Assembly (NCBI GenBank): GCA_041651095.1
Contig: JBAZJV010000001.1
Location: 147,835 to 211,834 of the forward strand
Direction of reading: 5' to 3'
Length of the DNA: 64,000 bases
Origin: Patescibacteria group bacterium
GTDB lineage: Bacteria; Patescibacteriota; Patescibacteriia; Patescibacteriales; UBA12465
Under the pieces are notes generated by a model. That model was not told the origin of the DNA and ran no database searches. It saw only the letters and a program-made list of their open reading frames with translations. The position numbers were made by a program, and so were the translations under genes. This document shows positions 62,609 to 64,000 of this stretch, one piece after another (position 1 is the stretch's first letter; every line of letters begins with the position of its first letter).

Positions 62609-64000
62609 ATGAAAAAGTTAAATTTAATGTTGTTATGGTTTTTACTTGTTCCGCTGTTCATAAACGGACAAGTAAAGAATCAGATGGGCTATCCTCTGAT
62701 GAATTTAGAGGTTAGCTCAAGGGAAGCGCCGGTAGAAAACTATTACCAGCAACCCCAGAAATTATACAAGACAACGATTACTTCTGTTGATCACTCGAAT
62801 TTAGTTACAGTGCGTGATCAGTACCCCGGGAATACTTGTGTCCCATTTTCAGTAACATCCGGTCTGGAGTTTGCTCATAATATGAAGCACGGTAGCAAGC
62901 AAGAGCCGCTTTTTTCCCCAAGTTTCATTTATAATTTTATAAATGCTAATAATTTGGGCAGTGGCAAATCCAGCGCATTTGGTTTTCTGCAACGGCAAGG
63001 GTGTGCCAAGGAGAGCTTATTTCCTTATATGGCCAATGATTGGAAGACTTTACCTAATTTTCGGGTAATGGAATCCGCTTTGCCATATCGTATTGACAGT
63101 TGGAGCTGGTGGTATATGGGCGATACGTTGCCTCGTCCCGATCCAGGTTCTTATCCGATAGCGGTAGCCGGTCCTCTTGGCCTTAATATTGCTAAGCAAG
63201 TTTTAGCATCGGGTAACCCAGTGGTTATGGACTGGGGCATCACTGAAGGCTTTAGCGAAAAAATGCACTCAGATAATTGGGTGTATAGCTACGCTAGATT
63301 CGGCCAGATGCCATTTATCGGATCGCACTCACTATTAATGGTTGGATATGATGATAATAAAGATACCCCTGACGGTCCTGGGGCCATTCGGTGCCTAAAT
63401 TCCTGGGGAAACAATTTCGACAACGGATTTGTCTGGGTAAGTTATAAGGCGATTGCCATGCAACAGTATAATGGTAGGTTTTATAGCTTTAAATTAAGGA
63501 ATAATTACCAACCGAAATTGTTTGTAGAGCTGTCTTTGGACAGCCTAAGTTTAGGCGAATATGCTTGGACATATAGCGGTCTTAAAGTTAATGGCAATAC
63601 CTATACCCAATCATCTCTCAGCTTCCAAGGGGCAATTAATTATGTTTATCCTAAGGAATTGGTTATTGATCTTACTGATTTATTCAATGGCGATATTGCT
63701 TCCGCCACATTCTTTTTACAGATGAAGGACAAACAGGGCAGCGCGCTTAATCCAGTCATAAAATCATTACATTTCGTTGATACTAGTCGTAATATAGATT
63801 ACTATGTTACGGCTAATACTGCTGTCAGCGGCAACACTTTTTATGCCGAATGGGATTTTAGGGCCACTGATTTTAGTTTGTCGGTTCAGCCGGCCGATTC
63901 CGTCGAAGTTTATGAGCAAAAACCACTATCGGTCAAAGTCGATGCTACTCCGGAAAAACAATTACATTACAGTCTGATTACAGTCCCTGTAATTGACGGT
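62609..64000 (+). CDS. secreted papain-family (C1) cysteine peptidase, 3'-truncated by the window end
   Basis: This ORF is absent from the supplied track because it has no stop in the window. I translated it by hand: ATG at 62609 after a TAAGGAGG RBS, open for 464 codons to position 64000. Signal peptide MKKLNLMLLWFLLVPLFINGQ. Candidate catalytic strings: DQYPGNTCVPFS (Cys), GSHSLLMVGYDD (His) and LNSWGNNFDNGFVWVSY (Asn). Confidence 0.8.
   Translation, partial: MKKLNLMLLWFLLVPLFINGQVKNQMGYPLMNLEVSSREAPVENYYQQPQKLYKTTITSVDHSNLVTVRDQYPGNTCVPFSVTSGLEFAHNMKHGSKQEPLFSPSFIYNFINANNLGSGKSSAFGFLQRQGCAKESLFPYMANDWKTLPNFRVMESALPYRIDSWSWWYMGDTLPRPDPGSYPIAVAGPLGLNIAKQVLASGNPVVMDWGITEGFSEKMHSDNWVYSYARFGQMPFIGSHSLLMVGYDDNKDTPDGPGAIRCLNSWGNNFDNGFVWVSYKAIAMQQYNGRFYSFKLRNNYQPKLFVELSLDSLSLGEYAWTYSGLKVNGNTYTQSSLSFQGAINYVYPKELVIDLTDLFNGDIASATFFLQMKDKQGSALNPVIKSLHFVDTSRNIDYYVTANTAVSGNTFYAEWDFRATDFSLSVQPADSVEVYEQKPLSVKVDATPEKQLHYSLITVPVIDG

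Overview
The window looks like a chromosomal segment of a small-genome bacterium with Gram-positive-type envelope genes. The gene content suggests a Candidate Phyla Radiation/Patescibacteria (Parcubacteria-like) organism, but this is inference only. That content is a type IV pilus operon with several pseudopilins, a FemAB-type enzyme, ComFC, giant repeat surface proteins and sparse metabolism. The genetic code is standard: TGA acts as stop in ATGA gene overlaps.

Layout:
- 1-4.8 kb: AT-rich accessory island with a tightly packed 5-gene operon of unknown function, a 525-bp non-coding stretch and one reverse gene.
- 4.9-12.6 kb: GC-rich core with 2-oxoacid:ferredoxin oxidoreductase alpha/beta plus flavodoxin, a DHH phosphoesterase, a low-GC secreted protein and Bcp.
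- 12673-12759: tRNA-Ser(UGA), followed by a second AT-rich island (12.8-16.7 kb) punctuated by copies of a motif that ends like the tRNA 3' end.
- 16.8-26.8 kb: mixed housekeeping genes, including a pgl-gnd-zwf operon.
- thrS with a T-box-like leader, then comFC.
- 31.2-43.4 kb: type IV pilus locus (pilM-N-O-x-pilB-pilC, two near-identical pilin genes, a FemAB-like gene, ybeY, a 477-aa secreted protein, four pseudopilins).
- A small AbiEii-like two-gene module with its own promoter.
- Two giant tail-fibre-like repeat proteins (2103 and 1799 aa). The first carries a perfect 1680-bp in-frame tandem duplication.
- Two cupredoxin-like membrane proteins flanking a 479-aa protein.
- A 1143-aa Cys-rich protein with MopE-type motifs.
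- A papain-family peptidase gene that runs off the window end.

I recognised no rRNA, CRISPR array, transposase, integrase or reverse transcriptase. All family assignments come from motifs read by eye. No searches were run.
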